64,000 bases of DNA, taken from positions 124,001 through 188,000 of the forward strand of contig JALMLS010000411.1 of the NCBI GenBank assembly GCA_038496445.1, given 5' to 3'. The first letter of the stretch is position 1, and each line of letters begins with the position of its first letter. This document shows, one piece after another, positions 1-13,300 of the stretch. The notes under the pieces are model-generated. The model made no database searches. It saw only the letters and a list, made by a program, of their open reading frames with translations, and had not been told where the DNA came from. Origin of the DNA: Trichosphaerium sp. ATCC 40318. Its lineage: Eukaryota > Protista > Tubulinea. Position numbers and translations under genes: made by a program.

Positions 1-33
1 CGTCCCGCGTGGGTTCAAATCCCACAGCTTGCA
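1..33 (+). tRNA. 3' portion of a tRNA, most likely tRNA-Leu (truncated by window edge)
   Basis: GTGGG-TTCAAAT-CCCAC T-arm preceded by the end of a long variable arm (CGTCCCGC) and followed by acceptor strand AGCTTGC plus discriminator A. A T5 run at 38-42 fits a Pol III terminator. Anticodon is outside the window. Confidence 0.75.
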
Positions 34-476
34 TTACTTTTTGCATTTTGCACTTTTATTTAAAGATCGTTAAAAACTTACATTCTTACACACTAAAGAG
101 ACATCCAATCTTGGTAATGAGCGATGTTACAAGCGATCAAACTCAACGTTCAAATGAATATGTGTCGTTTAGACCAAAAGGGCGCTATCACCACTTATTG
201 AAGTGGTAGTACACGACAGCTGTCGCTTACTGTTTATGTGAAAGGGCGAGTCTTTGAATTATTTTGACAGTTGCAAAACGATTTTATGAACATCGTTTCA
301 AGCTATCCAAGTTCCTATCTCGAATGTCAAAAAAAACATACTTAAAACGTCTACAGTTAATTAATTGTCTTTTACACAGCGAAATTCCCTTCGAATTAAG
401 TCTTGCACAGTAGATGGTATCTAAACACTCAGTGGAGAATACTAATCTGTAAGTTTAGGTAATGATCAACAATATT

Positions 477-1161
477 TTACAATGTAGGATCCTTTAATTT
501 CCTTACAACTTTTTTCTTTACTTTCTTTTTCTTTTTTTTTGGTTTTACTTCTGCGTCTTCTGTGCCTTGCTTTCTTGCATATACAACTTGTTCTTCTCCT
601 TCACTTGGCGGTGCTCCTAGTGAAATAGTGGCTTTACCACCCTTATCAAGCTGTTTAGGCTCTTCTTTTTCTTTTTTGAAGTCTAACATCTCGGCTCTTG
701 CATCAGCAGCCCAGTTGGGGTTATTGTTTTGTAAGTATTTAGGATCAGGACATTCTGGAGCCTCACATAACATCCTTGGCAAACCATCCTTTTCTTCCCA
801 AAGTTGATCTCCTCCGTCGAAAGAATGCCCACAGCCGCATTTTATCCACCCAGTTTGTATATTAGCGTATTTGCGGGTAACAACACGAGGTTTGGTATGG
901 TTTACGTTGAGTTTCTTGTTAGGTCGGCTAACACCACTAATAATGGTTAATAAACGGTCTACATCACCTGGAATGGCGTAAAATAGGGTCAAAGGCGCGT
1001 TTTAACTGTAAGTGGCTAAATAAAATAACGTACACTCTAGTACTTCGATATCCGATCTTCAACAGCATTTTCAGCCCTGTGGGCGAAGTTGTAATGTAAT
1101 TAACAGTAACTGCACTTAATACATCCAAAAAGCTCAAGTCAACGGTCCTGACTTGTGACAC
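477..1161 (-). CDS. Hypothetical protein with Cys/His cluster (CxCxH...CxxxxC) and Lys-rich C-terminus; 5' exon structure uncertain
   Basis: 171-aa open 3' exon (477-992) with WIKCGCGHSF...MLCEAPECP and a poly-Lys tail. Upstream ATG at 1161 is followed by a GTACGT donor. Confidence 0.55.
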
Positions 1162-1476
1162 ATTACTGAGTATTCACGTGGTACATGTACAGCGCTATTG
1201 TACGTTTGGATCCACCAACGAAAGATGTATTCTTCAAGACTCCTTCTCATTTCCAACAAAGCCTTGCAAGTGTCACAATGTGTCATTCAAAAAGAGAAGA
1301 ATTACTTTGCCGCCACCACAGTCTCTCACAAAAAAACACGCATTTTGATGTGAATAATAAAGGTGGACAGCGTGCTGTTGTATAATGTACAAGAGTTTCT
1401 TTTTACTACTTACAAAAATATTCCAAAGAAAAAAAGAGTCGACTTCTACCATTTTCTTTTTTCTTTGAAGTAAACT

Positions 1477-4311
1477 TTAGGGCTTCAATGTGAGCTCAGT
1501 CATATTCTCAGATAGATCAATTTCATATTGAACTTCTTTAAATACTTGATTTATTAAAGGCCTAAATCCTACGCCTACAAACAAAGTATAAGAAAACAAC
1601 TCTTAGTGAAACTTTGTAAAAATACAAATAATTATACACAAAAAAAAAAGTGTGAACAAATGACGGCACTTGCTTGCTTTACAGTCAACAATCTTGCAAA
1701 GCAATAAGCGCACGTGGTTTTGTGCGTTTTTTAAAATCTAAGTATATATATACATAATAGTCTGATAGCTCTGAAGGCGCTTGTGTGCCTGGGCTGTCCG
1801 GAATGTGCTCATTAACAAGATCTTTAAGTTTAGCCAACTCAAAGTTTCCTGCTGCTTTAGCATATGCTCTTAGTTTTTTACGGAATAGACCACTTAAAAT
1901 CTTCCTAGATGTGCTCATAGCACGTGTTCTAAACAACAAGTCAATATGACAAAGTCAACACGAAAAAAATCAAAACCAAAGAAATGAATCCAAATCGCTT
2001 CACTTACGGTCTAAACATTAGAGTTAGTAAAACACTTTGTTAATAGTTAGAAGGCTTTGGATTACGTACTTTGTCCATTGTCTTGCTTTATGAAGTTTCT
2101 CTACACGCATGCCAACAGAAGGATTCTCTGGGATTGTAATTGAACGCTCTTCAGATGTAGTTTGAGAAGAGCCTTTAAGTTGATCCATCAAAAGTTGTAT
2201 CTTAGGTGACTCAGTGCGACTGTAGCTATGTGTTAGCATAATTTATGTTATAGTAATATTATACTACTTACTTTTGAGCAAACCTAGCACGCTTACGTCT
2301 CAACGAGACTCCTACAGGCAGCTTAGAGACTTCAACTGGTTCTGATGATTCTTCTGTTAACTCAAGCGTTGAGTCGGCTTTTTTCGTTTTCTTTGGAGAG
2401 GTACTTGACCGAATCTTGTATGTTGGTGCTTTATAGTCAGGCTAGGTTTTTTTTTAACAAATATAAAGAAAGAAAAGTAGTTTTTGTTCCAACAGAAAAG
2501 AGTTTGATTGAATTTCTCTTTTTTTTTTTTTGAAGAATTTTTTTTTATTCGTACCATGTCCTCATCTTGAACGCCCTCTATTGATGCAAAATACTGAAAC
2601 ATATCTGCTATACGCTCAAGTACATGCATTATAGTGTAATCAACAGCGTTAGCACAGCTAGGGAACCAAAAAGGGTGCTCAACCTCTGAAAATTGAATAA
2701 AATCAGTTGCTGCTACTTTATTATTACCAACTCTAAGGAAATACGGTTAAAAAGAGACTTTTGTAAAAACAAAATCAAAGAAAGAAAAAAAATTATATAT
2801 GTCATCATAACTAGCGCATAATGCGCATGGTATGTACCTTAAAAAAGCTGCAGTATTTCCATAGTAATCGCAATAGTTTGGTGCTGAAAATACAGTAATA
2901 ACCATAGGATCAGATCCATCTGTTCTATTCATTGTAGCCATAGTAAATCCTTCTCTTTGAACTTCATGCGCTCTTGAAAAAAAAAAAGTTAGTAATCACA
3001 GAAGTTATAGCTGGTAGTATAACGCCACACAAAATAAATATTTTGAAAAAACGTCATCATTTACAGAGTATAGCGATAGCAAATGAATGAATGTATACAA
3101 TTGTAGTACCTTATGATAGCGAGTATATTATTTTCTTGCAAAAACTTAACAGTGGCAGTATACCCGAAAATATAACCACATCCACGCGTTGGATTCTCTT
3201 CATAAGATACATCATACCACTCACCCATCTCATCTTCTGTTAAACCAACAGCTGTATCATCTTCTAGAGGATCACTCCAAAGTAAATCACTATAACAATT
3301 TAACACGTGAGTAATTCATTTTGTAAAGAAAAAAACGCTGAGTGTAAAATCAAGTCAAGTTTTAAACAGAAAATGTGTACCACAGAGGTCCTTTTGTTGG
3401 AGGCTCGATAAATCTATTAATGTCGTTTACTTGATCTATAGTATGAATACTAGGTGAAAGGCCACCATGAACACAATAATAAGTGCCTTCTTTAACCTTA
3501 AAACAAAGTTAACGCTAAAATAGAAACAAAAAATACACGCGAAAAAAAGGCAAAAAAACATGATCACGTGATAGTAAAGGGGTAAATAGTAATTGCATAA
3601 GACGCGGAGTTTGTTGATAAACACGTACGGTAACTGTTGCAGCGAGAGGTAGTGCATCAAAAGCCTTCATGAACGCCTCAAAGACAGAAGCGTTGAATTT
3701 TTTCAAGCCTAAAACGCAAAAAAGGCGTGTTAGTAATTTATTGTTATTGTAGTAAAAACGCGTACACTCTGCTTTAAAGTTAAAATGAGACGCTAGTAAT
3801 CTACACTCGTGATTACCGCGAATCATCCAGAAGGAAGTTGGGTAGTTAATTTTTAAAGCACAAAGTAGTAATGTAACCTCTAATAGAAGGCCCGTAAGCA
3901 ATACTAAGCGTAAGTGATAACGTGCCACAGCCAAAGTTCCCTCTATCGACGTAATCTCCCAGGAACAAGCACGGGGTATTCCTGACGCGGGTAAGGAAGT
4001 ATCATGAAGTGATAAGTGTCGTACGTTCCAGTTTGCCCCAACATATTTGCCAAGTCGTAAAACTGTCCGTGTATGTCACCAACTATGTTTACCGGACCTT
4101 TGAGCCGCAATACATTAGGTTCTACATCCATCACCTTTTTTGCTTGTGTTAAAATTCGCGTGGCTACCGCAGGCGAAATGCGACCCTCCTTTTTAAAGTG
4201 CTTGAGTAGAAACTCCCAGTCAGGGACGTTACTTTCATCAGGATACAGATCGCATTCGTCTAGTACTTGATAGGCGGGAATGGGCACACTAGACACTGGT
4301 CGATCGTCCAT
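1477..4311 (-). CDS. Calcineurin A-like (PP2B) Ser/Thr phosphatase catalytic subunit, multi-exon
   Basis: Spliced exons give GDIHGQ, GDYVDRG, RGNHE, DLLWSDP, RAHEVQ and FSAPNY PPP motifs. N-terminal DRPVSSVPIP and HFKKEGR, and autoinhibitory-like FELAKLKDLVNEHIP, are calcineurin-type. Last exon(s) uncertain. Confidence 0.9.
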
Positions 4312-4445
4312 TTTCACTACATTTAAATACGTTTTGTGTACTGTACTTTCGTTGACCGCTCGCAATCCGTTTCATTTTAGCCACTCGGTTAGCATATCAA
4401 CTAGTTGCTCGTAGAAATAATATACTACACTACACGCAATACAAA

Positions 4446-6437
4446 ATGCAAGGACTATTTAAAGCTTGCCCGCTCTCAAACATCCCATACACCGAAATAC
4501 TTGCTAGTGGTGATACAAATAGTGATTTTTGCAAAGCTATTAAATTAAAATGCACGGATCGAGCATCAGATGCAATAAGAACCCAATGCAACGCGTGTGC
4601 GAGCGTCTAAACATCATTTTACTTACTACATAAACAGGCTTGCCAGAAAAGCCGTTGAACAACTAAAAGCAAAGGGCGTTACCCCCGACGATATACGAAA
4701 GCATTTCCAAGCCGCTGACTTTGCTTTACACTTGTCAAACGGACGGTGCGCTAAATTTGACATCAACTGGTATCATTAACCTGATAACAGGTTATACACA
4801 TGCGTGGAGATGTTAGAACCACGTTTGTCAATGAAAAATTTAGACACATTTACAGCTTGGCTTGATAGGTGGCTAGAGTACAAAACAGGCGGTGAGGAAT
4901 ATGCCTTTAGCCAGCAATTAAAGATTCGCGCATTATACGCGAAGTATGGGTACGTAACAATCGAAGATTGACCCAAAACAAAGTAATGTTTAACAATAGT
5001 GCTAAAATAGTAGAGTTGGAAGAGAAAGTAGAAAACGCTAAAGTAGCTGTTCAAGGTGACACTTCTTTATGAGAAAGTTATTTATTTTTTTGTAGAATAC
5101 GAAGCGACAATAAAGCAGAATGCTACTCTCTCCTCGCTTATGAAGAAACGTAACGGTGCTCAGAAGGTACTCTATTATAGTTATTATCTATTCTAAGGAA
5201 CAACAAAGGCTATAGACAGCATTCAAGGCCACTACACGAAAGGTTCAAAGAAAGCCCAAAATAAGGGCCACAAATTAGATACACTTTTAAAGCAGAAACA
5301 GGCTTTATTGAGTGAATTAGAAGATAAGATTACTAAAACCAAAAGTCTCCCTGCTTATGCAGAGCTTGACGCTTGTGAGACAACAAAGATTGACTTTGAA
5401 AAAGAAATTGGGTTATTTGATCTTGAAACTGAATTAAAAGCTCATCAGCGGCTTCAAGGAGAAAAGTATGGTACTAAATTCTATGTATAATGGTTAATAG
5501 GTATAGAGGAGGCTTATTAGGATCAAACTTTGAAATGTTATGCGCTCCATATCTAGATAGTATTGTGTTTAAAAATTCTCAACCGGAAATATTTTCTTAC
5601 ACACCAAAAGAAAATGAGGATCTAGTAGTACTACCTAATGTTACATTCACAAAAACACCATGGCCTGAGAAATTGACAGGCGAATTTGATTTTCTTGTTG
5701 TAATAGTTGATAAAACTGACGCTGATAAACCAGTCAAGGTACATTAACAGTTATATCCATAACAAAAATCAACCTGCTTACCAAAAAAAAAACCGTTTAG
5801 GTATTGATGGTCGTTGAATGCAAAAGCTCAAACAGCTATTTACCAGATTATGTGTCTAAGATGAAACATGCAATGAGTTTCGTGACTGGCAACACAGAAA
5901 CAGAAAAAGGTAATGCATAAACGAAGCAAACTTCTTTTTCAAAATTGACTAAAAGTGTGTAGGCAAAAAATTTACTAAAGCAACATTTTCTGATCGATCA
6001 CGTGGAAAGAAATATGTTTTTACTACAGAATCTTTCTCCCTCTTAAACCCAGATTCACTTGAGAGCTATAAGAATCATGTATTATACATGACTAGGCCAG
6101 GTCACATGGTAAACAGTTATCACTAATTGCCTTCCACTAAATGCTTTTTTTCTTCTAGATGTGGCCTGCTAACGCCTCTGGAGTTGTTACGCATTATATC
6201 ATGGATAAATTCCCATCTTTGGATCTTAATGGCGCACCACTGCGAAAGGTATTGAAGGTTAATTCTGTGACACAAAACTTATAAGATTAGGCATTATTTG
6301 AAGAGCTTGAAGAGCATTTCGCTAAATATACAGATCGTTATACATTCGTTCAGGATCTTGTTAACAAAAACCGTGTTTATGTTCTAGATTATGCTTTTTA
6401 CTTTGATCAAATTGGTCTAGGTGGTTTTGAAGAATAA
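4446..6437 (+). CDS. Uncharacterised protein with PD-(D/E)XK (restriction-endonuclease-like) motif set, multi-exon
   Basis: Spliced product contains GSNFEMLCAPYL, TGEFDFLVVIV and VLMVVECKS in the order of PD-(D/E)XK motifs I-III. GT-AG introns keep frame; stop TAA at 6435-6437. Confidence 0.6.
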
Positions 6438-6768
6438 AAGTAAATAGTTCACAGTTTAATCTTTTCTTTATCACTGTTGCTTTGCCTTATCAATGCATCG
6501 CTGCATATGCGATAGTATCCCGCAGAATCAGAGGACCGTATACGTACATACTAGATCTTATTCGAGGCGTACACGTCACGTGTGGCAGGTATTGTACGCC
6601 GATCTCGGTTTTTGAAATTTTCCTTATTAATTGAGTTACTGCGTGCTTGTGCCAAAGAATAAAAATAGTGTGGTTAATGCCACTGAAGCTATACAATTAT
6701 TTTAGTTCGCTCTTGTATAATTAACAGTATTTTTATTGCTTTGGTCTCAAGTAACATTCGTCGTGAGT

Positions 6769-7462
6769 TTAGAAAAATCCTAGCATTTTTGTTGCTAATT
6801 TGCAAGATAGGAACAATAATCCGAGTAATGAAGGGTAAATGAATACAGCGCCTCTGTTTCTCTTTGCTGGATCTAAAAAAATATTGAGAAAAACATTCTT
6901 GGCTGGATTCCTTTTAAAAAGGTGTTTTTACCTCCTGATTGGTATCCTAGAGCGTAAACAATACGTCCCAAACTCCATAAACCTCCAAAAGAAGCTGCCC
7001 ATACCTACGGAAGCGTCAGAAAGGATTTTTAATCGATTATAGCGTACTGGGTTCTGTAGACCTGCAAAACAGAGCAAGGTGATGATTTGATAATGCGATT
7101 CGAGCCTATAGATTGTTAGATACGCGTCTACAGCCATAAAATGATATATTGCGTACATGTTTTGGTGACCACGCTGATAACAGTTAAATGTCTCTTTGCT
7201 CTTATCGGTTGTGTAAAGAGCAGGGTACTAAGGCGTAAACATCAGAATGTGTGTCAATGTTTTGATTCGAAAATTTTTTGATTAACGCACAGGTACTCCA
7301 AATTTTTTCCTAGCGCCTGCTACCATACCTCCAATGACTGTGGCGGTGATAATGGAGCCTACTGCGCTCAAGATGACCTAAGTTTTATTTAATACGCTAT
7401 ACCCTTACAAGTACAAGTACCCATCCGTATTCTGGTTGCAATGTGAATGTAACGCCGCTCAT
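6769..7462 (-). CDS. MGST3: MAPEG family protein (microsomal glutathione S-transferase 3-like)
   Basis: Spliced product includes ARKKFGV, YPALY, FNCYQRGHQNMLE, GRIVYALGYQSG and PAKRNRG, with four hydrophobic segments. Confidence 0.88.
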
Positions 7463-8032
7463 GTTTATTGGTTTGTGTTCTGAATTTATGTGTTTATTTT
7501 TGACTGTATTTAGACTTCCGCTGATTTTTCCGTCTTGCAATCGCACTAATAATAAGGCCGTGGGGCAATTTAATTTGCCGTCTACGTCAGACCAAGTGTC
7601 ACATTTGACACGTACTAAACACATGTCAGGTTGCAAGTCTATTTAGTTCAGCGTGGATGCTCTGTTTGGCAGCATCTCGTTTGATAATTGTTGAACGACT
7701 TGTTTAGTTAGTTATGGTATCACGCTCATATTGACTGTACAAAGCGTATGTTTACGATGCTCTTGCAAAGGCAATACAGCCAAAAATTGGTGTGAGAAAA
7801 GTGTTTACCGTTGTCCAGCCTTTTTTTGAATAGTATAACTACCACAGTGTTAGCAAAGGTATATATACGCGTAACTGCTTTCTTAAAAACCGCGGTGGTC
7901 ATTATTCGATACAGAAATAGTACTTCGATACACAACCTATGGAAGAGAGCGCAAACGCATAAATAATGGTATTTAACCAATAAATAGTCAGTAAACAACC
8001 GCCGAGCATTTTGAGTGATAGACGCATGTATT

Positions 8033-11000
8033 ATGTCTAGGCTCAATCTAGATGTGGAGCTTTATTGTTTATTTTGATTTTCCTTCAGTTGCTTTTAAAT
8101 TTACCCTATTCGTTAGGAGAATCACTGGGAAGCAATAGCGCTTGAGCGCGAACAAAAAATACAACAACTATCCCAGGCAGTAACAAGCTGGAAGGAGCAA
8201 TGGAAAGGGCGTTTTGATGAGCAAATAACGATGAACCAGACGCTGCAAGACGCTCTAGAGGCTGAAAAGTACGGAACAATCAACTGTTTACACTTCGAAT
8301 ACTAATCGCACAAAGGACAAAATCTACTACTTTCTACCAAGAGTATCATCAAATTAAAAATAAATTGGAAAGTGTCGTGGTTATTGTACGCAATCTGAAG
8401 GAAGCAAAGCAAAACTTGGAAGTTCAGCATCAACGCGACGTATCTGTACGTTCAATTGGCGTATAATTGACGTTATTTTGAGAATTTCAAATTTCAAATG
8501 ACTAATTTATTTACGGTCAGGCAATTGCTGATATGGAAATAAACACTACCAAGTTAAAGGCTGCGTTATGTATGTTACGTGGGTACAAAAAAAAAAACTA
8601 ACTTTTTGCAACAGCGAAAATGATTCTAGAAGGAGACAGCAATGCTGGAGCTAATGAGACTGCTCTTATTGAAGAAAATGATGCACTTCGTCAAGAGCTT
8701 GAGACAAACTTATCTCAATTCGCGATGCTCAAAGCTAGGACTAAGGATATGCTAACTAACCTAAAAAACGAGCTTAATAGAGAGAGGTAAAGGACTTTGG
8801 AGTAATTTAAAAACATGACATGCTAATCGTGAATGGTTAATAGAAACAACAGCATTTTGCTTGCACGAGAAGTTGACGAGTTACGACATGCTGATTCTCA
8901 AGTACAAGAGTATAAAGAGATAGTTGCTTCACTTGAACAAGAAATTACTGGCTTAAAGGAGGCATTGACGCGAAGCAAACATCGTAGCAGAGATACTGAA
9001 GCTTTACGTATTGCCATTGAGGAGAAAAATAATGAAATCGCTGAGCTGGTACAGAAATAATAACATTTCTTTATTTTGCTTTTTTTTCGTGTATCATTTT
9101 CGAGTTGGGTCTCGTTAAGTGTTGTTTAGACGAGGGAGAATCAAGAACTACTAGAAGGTGAAGGTTCTATTCAAGAGCGTAAGAACTCTATCAATGAGGC
9201 AGCTGCATTACAAAGAGAGATTGGACAACTTAATGTAAAGATCTCCAAAATGAAAAAAGACTTAAGCAAATCAAAATCTAAGCGAAAGAATCTAGAGGTA
9301 AAATTTAACGCTGTAGTTGAAGAAAATACAGAGTTGAAAGCATCATCTGCAAGTTTAAAAACATTACAAACGAGCGAAAGCGAGGTCAAGAATAGCTTCA
9401 GGCGGTACGAAATACACTGATGCAGTTAGAATTCTAATTTATAAACGCGTAGCGACAATTCATTGTTGAAGAAAAAAGCTGCTTCTTTAAAAACAGAGCT
9501 TGATGCAGCACAACAGAAGATACAAATGCTTGAAGCTCAACTCAAAACACAAGCTTTCCACGTACAAAATTTGTTGAACGAAGGACGTGTTACAAATAGC
9601 ATGAGTGAACCTGCTACTTCGTCAATTAAGGCGTTAAACAAGATGTTAAACGAGGAAGAAATACGCGCATCAAAAACTGAAAAGTTACCAGCTCCAGCTC
9701 AAAAAAGGTAAACGGACACTTACTTAGGCCCTTTTGGTGATTGTTTTTGTTTGAGTCGCGCTTACTGATTTTCAAGGCAATTACCTTCAGCACCAAATAC
9801 TGTATCGCTAAAGAAACCACTACCAAAAGCACCTGGACCTACTAGAATGGTGAGAAAAGTTGATTTCAGTCAAAAAATAGCTTAAAACATTATGTGTTTT
9901 CTTATTGTTTTTTTTTGTTCTTTATTGGCTATGTAACGTACCCTTCTAAGTATTTTTATATAGGGTACTTATGGTGCATTACCTAGTACAGAAAAAAGAA
10001 AATCCAAAGGGCGTAGTGGCGGTAGGAGTGTCAAACGTCGTGCGTCTTCAAAGAGAGCTCAGGTGTGTAATTCTTTTTGTATTTTACTTATTTTTTTTTT
10101 ATTACTGTTGTACAACTACTCTTTGATCTGTTGCTCACTTAAAAATATATAGCGTAATGACAGTTCTTTATCAACACCGGAGAGTGCTCCCTTGAGTACT
10201 TCATGTCCTCCAGGCGTTGGACTGACATGGAAAGCGAGTAATAAAAATTCTGGATATTCAGTTGTGCCAAATGTCAAGGCCACTGACGAAGAAGTTACTT
10301 CAGGTCACTACGGAACTCTTCCTAAAACACCTGGTTTTAAGCGTGCATCCACAAGCAAGGTACACACTATACTGATACAAGAAACAAAAGACTTACACTA
10401 TTTGTCTCAGAATAAAAGAGAAAAGACAAGGCCAGTCAGTATTGGCGCAAACAAGGTGAGTTCTTTTATTGTTTTTATGTGTTTCCCTCTCCTAATGGTT
10501 TTTCTAGACTCAGTCGACTGGACCTAACTCTACACGCACTAGTCTAACTAGTTCTAACAGTGCTTCAAAAATGGGTTTACCAAGAAAAGCTAAAGCAAAG
10601 TTTGATTATACTCCACAACGTAATGAAGAAATGGGATTTTCTGAAGGAGAAATTCTAGTAATATATGATACCAACCATCGTTGGTGGTGCGCTAGATCTG
10701 GAAAACGTGAAGGCATAGTGCCAAGGTTAGTGTGAATTGCACAGCCCCGTTGATTTTGTTGACTGATTATTGTAGCAATTTCTTTGATTGGTGTGAACCA
10801 GAACCCAATCAACCTCCTACGCCTAGACCTATTCGTAATTCGAGTAATCAAGCAAGTACAACTCCAACACCCTCTCAGCCAGCGGTGAAGGGGGATGCAC
10901 CAGGGACATGGGAGAAGAAGCTAAACAAAACAAATTCAGTGCGACAAATAAATGAAGATCGCTCTGTACGCTAGTTGTTTGCGCGTACCATTTGGTTGTT

Positions 11001-12747
11001 GACTTGTGTAATAGGTTGCGTATGAAATTTTGGATAGTGGTGAAAAGCTCATAAAGGGAGGAACACTTTTACGACTAGTAGAGGCTATTGTAATGCCTGG
11101 CAACCACAGTACGACAAAAGCAGTTAAAGATTTAAAACAACTAATCCACTTTTTTTCAAAGAAATGCTTGCTGATTTTTTGCTGACTTATCGATCCTTCT
11201 GCACACCTTTGGAGTTATTGGACTCATTTATTGAGAGGTTTAATACTGAACCATCAACTAAGAATACAGATACCAACCAGACTGTTATGAGATTACGGTA
11301 CTGCAAACAGGCATCTTTTTTAGATTCAAATTGATTTGTTATTTAGTATTTCGGCTGCTGTTAAAAAATGGATTAATGAGTATTGGTGGGACTTTAATGG
11401 GACAACAGATGAGCTAAATCGTCTATATCGTTTTGTTAGAGAAGATTTAAAACGAAGCACACCTTCAGCTGCAGTCCATATCGAAAACTTGATAAAGAGA
11501 CAGGTACCTACCTTTTTTTTTTTTCCTTTAAATCTTTATTTAATTTACTGACCTTGTATGCAGGTTGAACGTGGCTCAGAGCGTAGACCTAATAAACATT
11601 TCTTTGGACCGAATGCCAAGGCACCTGGTACGTTATTATATCCAATGTAATTTGGCTTGTAATTAACGTTGTGCAGTACCTATCCTTCCCAAAATTACAG
11701 ATACAAATTCACCAGATTTTTCGATTATAGATGTTCATCACCGTGAAGTAGCACGTCAGCTAGTGCTCGTATGTGAATGAGTGTTTTTTTTCTGAAAACG
11801 AAGGCTTACATGCTTTTTAGGTAGAGTACAACATTTACAGGCAGATTAAGCCATGGGAGTTACTTCATAAGGCTTGGAGTAAAGATAACTCAGAAGAGAA
11901 GGCTCCTAATGTTATTAAGTTTATTAGACGCTTTAATGAAGTGTCTAACTGGGTTGCTACGGTTATTTTAATGAATAGCCAAGCAAAGAGACGTGTCAAG
12001 GCTCTAATGTGGTTCATTGATGTCGCAAATGTACGTGTGGAATGCTTTGTTTGTTTTTTTTTTGGGTGTCGTGTGGTTTCACTTAAACACTTGTTTAGGA
12101 GCTTCTACAGTTGAATAATTTCAATGGATTGCTAGAAATTATATCTGGCTTGAACCAGAACCATGTATATCGCTTGAGGCCTGACTGGGATGTACGGCAA
12201 TATACTACTTGATGTTTGCAAGTATTAACTTTTTTTTTTCCAAATTAGGATATGGATTCTGCTCATAAAAAGACTTTTGAGCGTTTGAATGAGCTTGTAT
12301 CACGCCACAAGAACTACGAAAAAATGAGAGAGTACTTAAAGTCCACTAACCCGCCATGTGTACCATACCTAGGTACGCAAACAAAAAACAACTAAAAACT
12401 TTTTTTTTTGAAAGTATTTCAGATTATATTCTGTTCCTTTCGCCTACTTCTTTCATTTTTCGGATGAGTGAGTGTCTTGTTTATTAAATATACAATTAGG
12501 TATGTATTTAACGGATCTAACGTTCATTGAAGATGGTAATAAGGATTTTATTACAAAACACAATATGATCAATTTTGACAAGTGCCAGCGCCTTGCTAAG
12601 GTTATCCAGCATGTTGTCAAGTACCAACATCAACCTTACTGCCTTCAAATCGTACCTTTCTTGTTAAAGTACTTGAATAAGCTTGAATTCGAGGAAGAAG
12701 AGAAGCTTTATCAGATATCGTGCGAGTATAAGGCTCCTGCGTTTTAG
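8033..12747 (+). CDS. RasGEF with N-terminal coiled coil, SH3, REM and CDC25 domains
   Basis: SH3: AKAKFDYTPQRNEEMGFSEGEIL...WW...EGIVPSNF. REM: IKGGTLLRLVE...FLLTYRSFCTP. CDC25: VARQL, [34 protein letters not shown], INFDK. Confidence 0.92.
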
Positions 12748-13185
12748 AAAAGGTAGAAATAAGACTAACATCCTCTCCTTATCTTTTTTTGGTTTGCTGG
12801 CTTAGAGGAGAGAATTATTATTACAAAATATTGGTCATGATTGTACTGTAAAATAGTGTAAAAAATCAGATAAAAGTAGAAAAAAAAAATGGTTTTCTTT
12901 TTTTGTGGGTTTAGAAAAGCTAAATATTTATCAACCCATATCGTACTACATTACTTTTAAACAATAACACCTTTCAAATTTCGTTTGATTAAAGAGAACG
13001 CTAATGAGGGTACTAAGTAGGATTTAGTTGGAAACTGTTTATTATGCTAACTTAGGATTTACACTTAAGGCATGTACAAATTTTGACAGCACTAATTGTA
13101 GTCAACCCGTAAAGTTACACAGTGTATTTTGAATGATTGACTAAAAGTTGTTGGGTTTGTTTTTTCAATCACCAGAGTTATTATC

Positions 13186-13300
13186 GTGGCAGAGTGCGCA
13201 CTTGTCCTTGTGGTGAGTGACGTAGCTGCCATCTCTGTTAGCTCACAGAGCCTGTGCTTGCGGCAACGGGTTGATCCCCGTGTACGCGAAGGTTTTGCCC
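13186..13300 (+). ncRNA. Candidate structured non-coding RNA (family not recognised)
   Basis: GC-rich island in AT-rich intergenic DNA with stems GTGGCAG/CTGCCAT, CACTTG/TGAGTG, CTCTGT/ACAGAG and ACGGG/CCCGT. G-U pairs favour the + strand; a T-run follows. Confidence 0.35.

Noticed and set aside
9-209. 66-aa ORF beginning MGSNPTAC
   Set aside because: Translation through the tRNA T-arm and terminator; not a gene.
1671-1677. Possible 7-nt micro-exon (CAAGCAA) near the calcineurin 3' end
   Set aside because: It restores frame to a last exon, but the donor (GTGCCG) is weak and the region is non-conserved; needs RNA evidence.
6545-6610. Hairpin GGCGTACA/TGTACGCC between convergent genes
   Set aside because: Single stem without recognisable snoRNA boxes; insufficient support.
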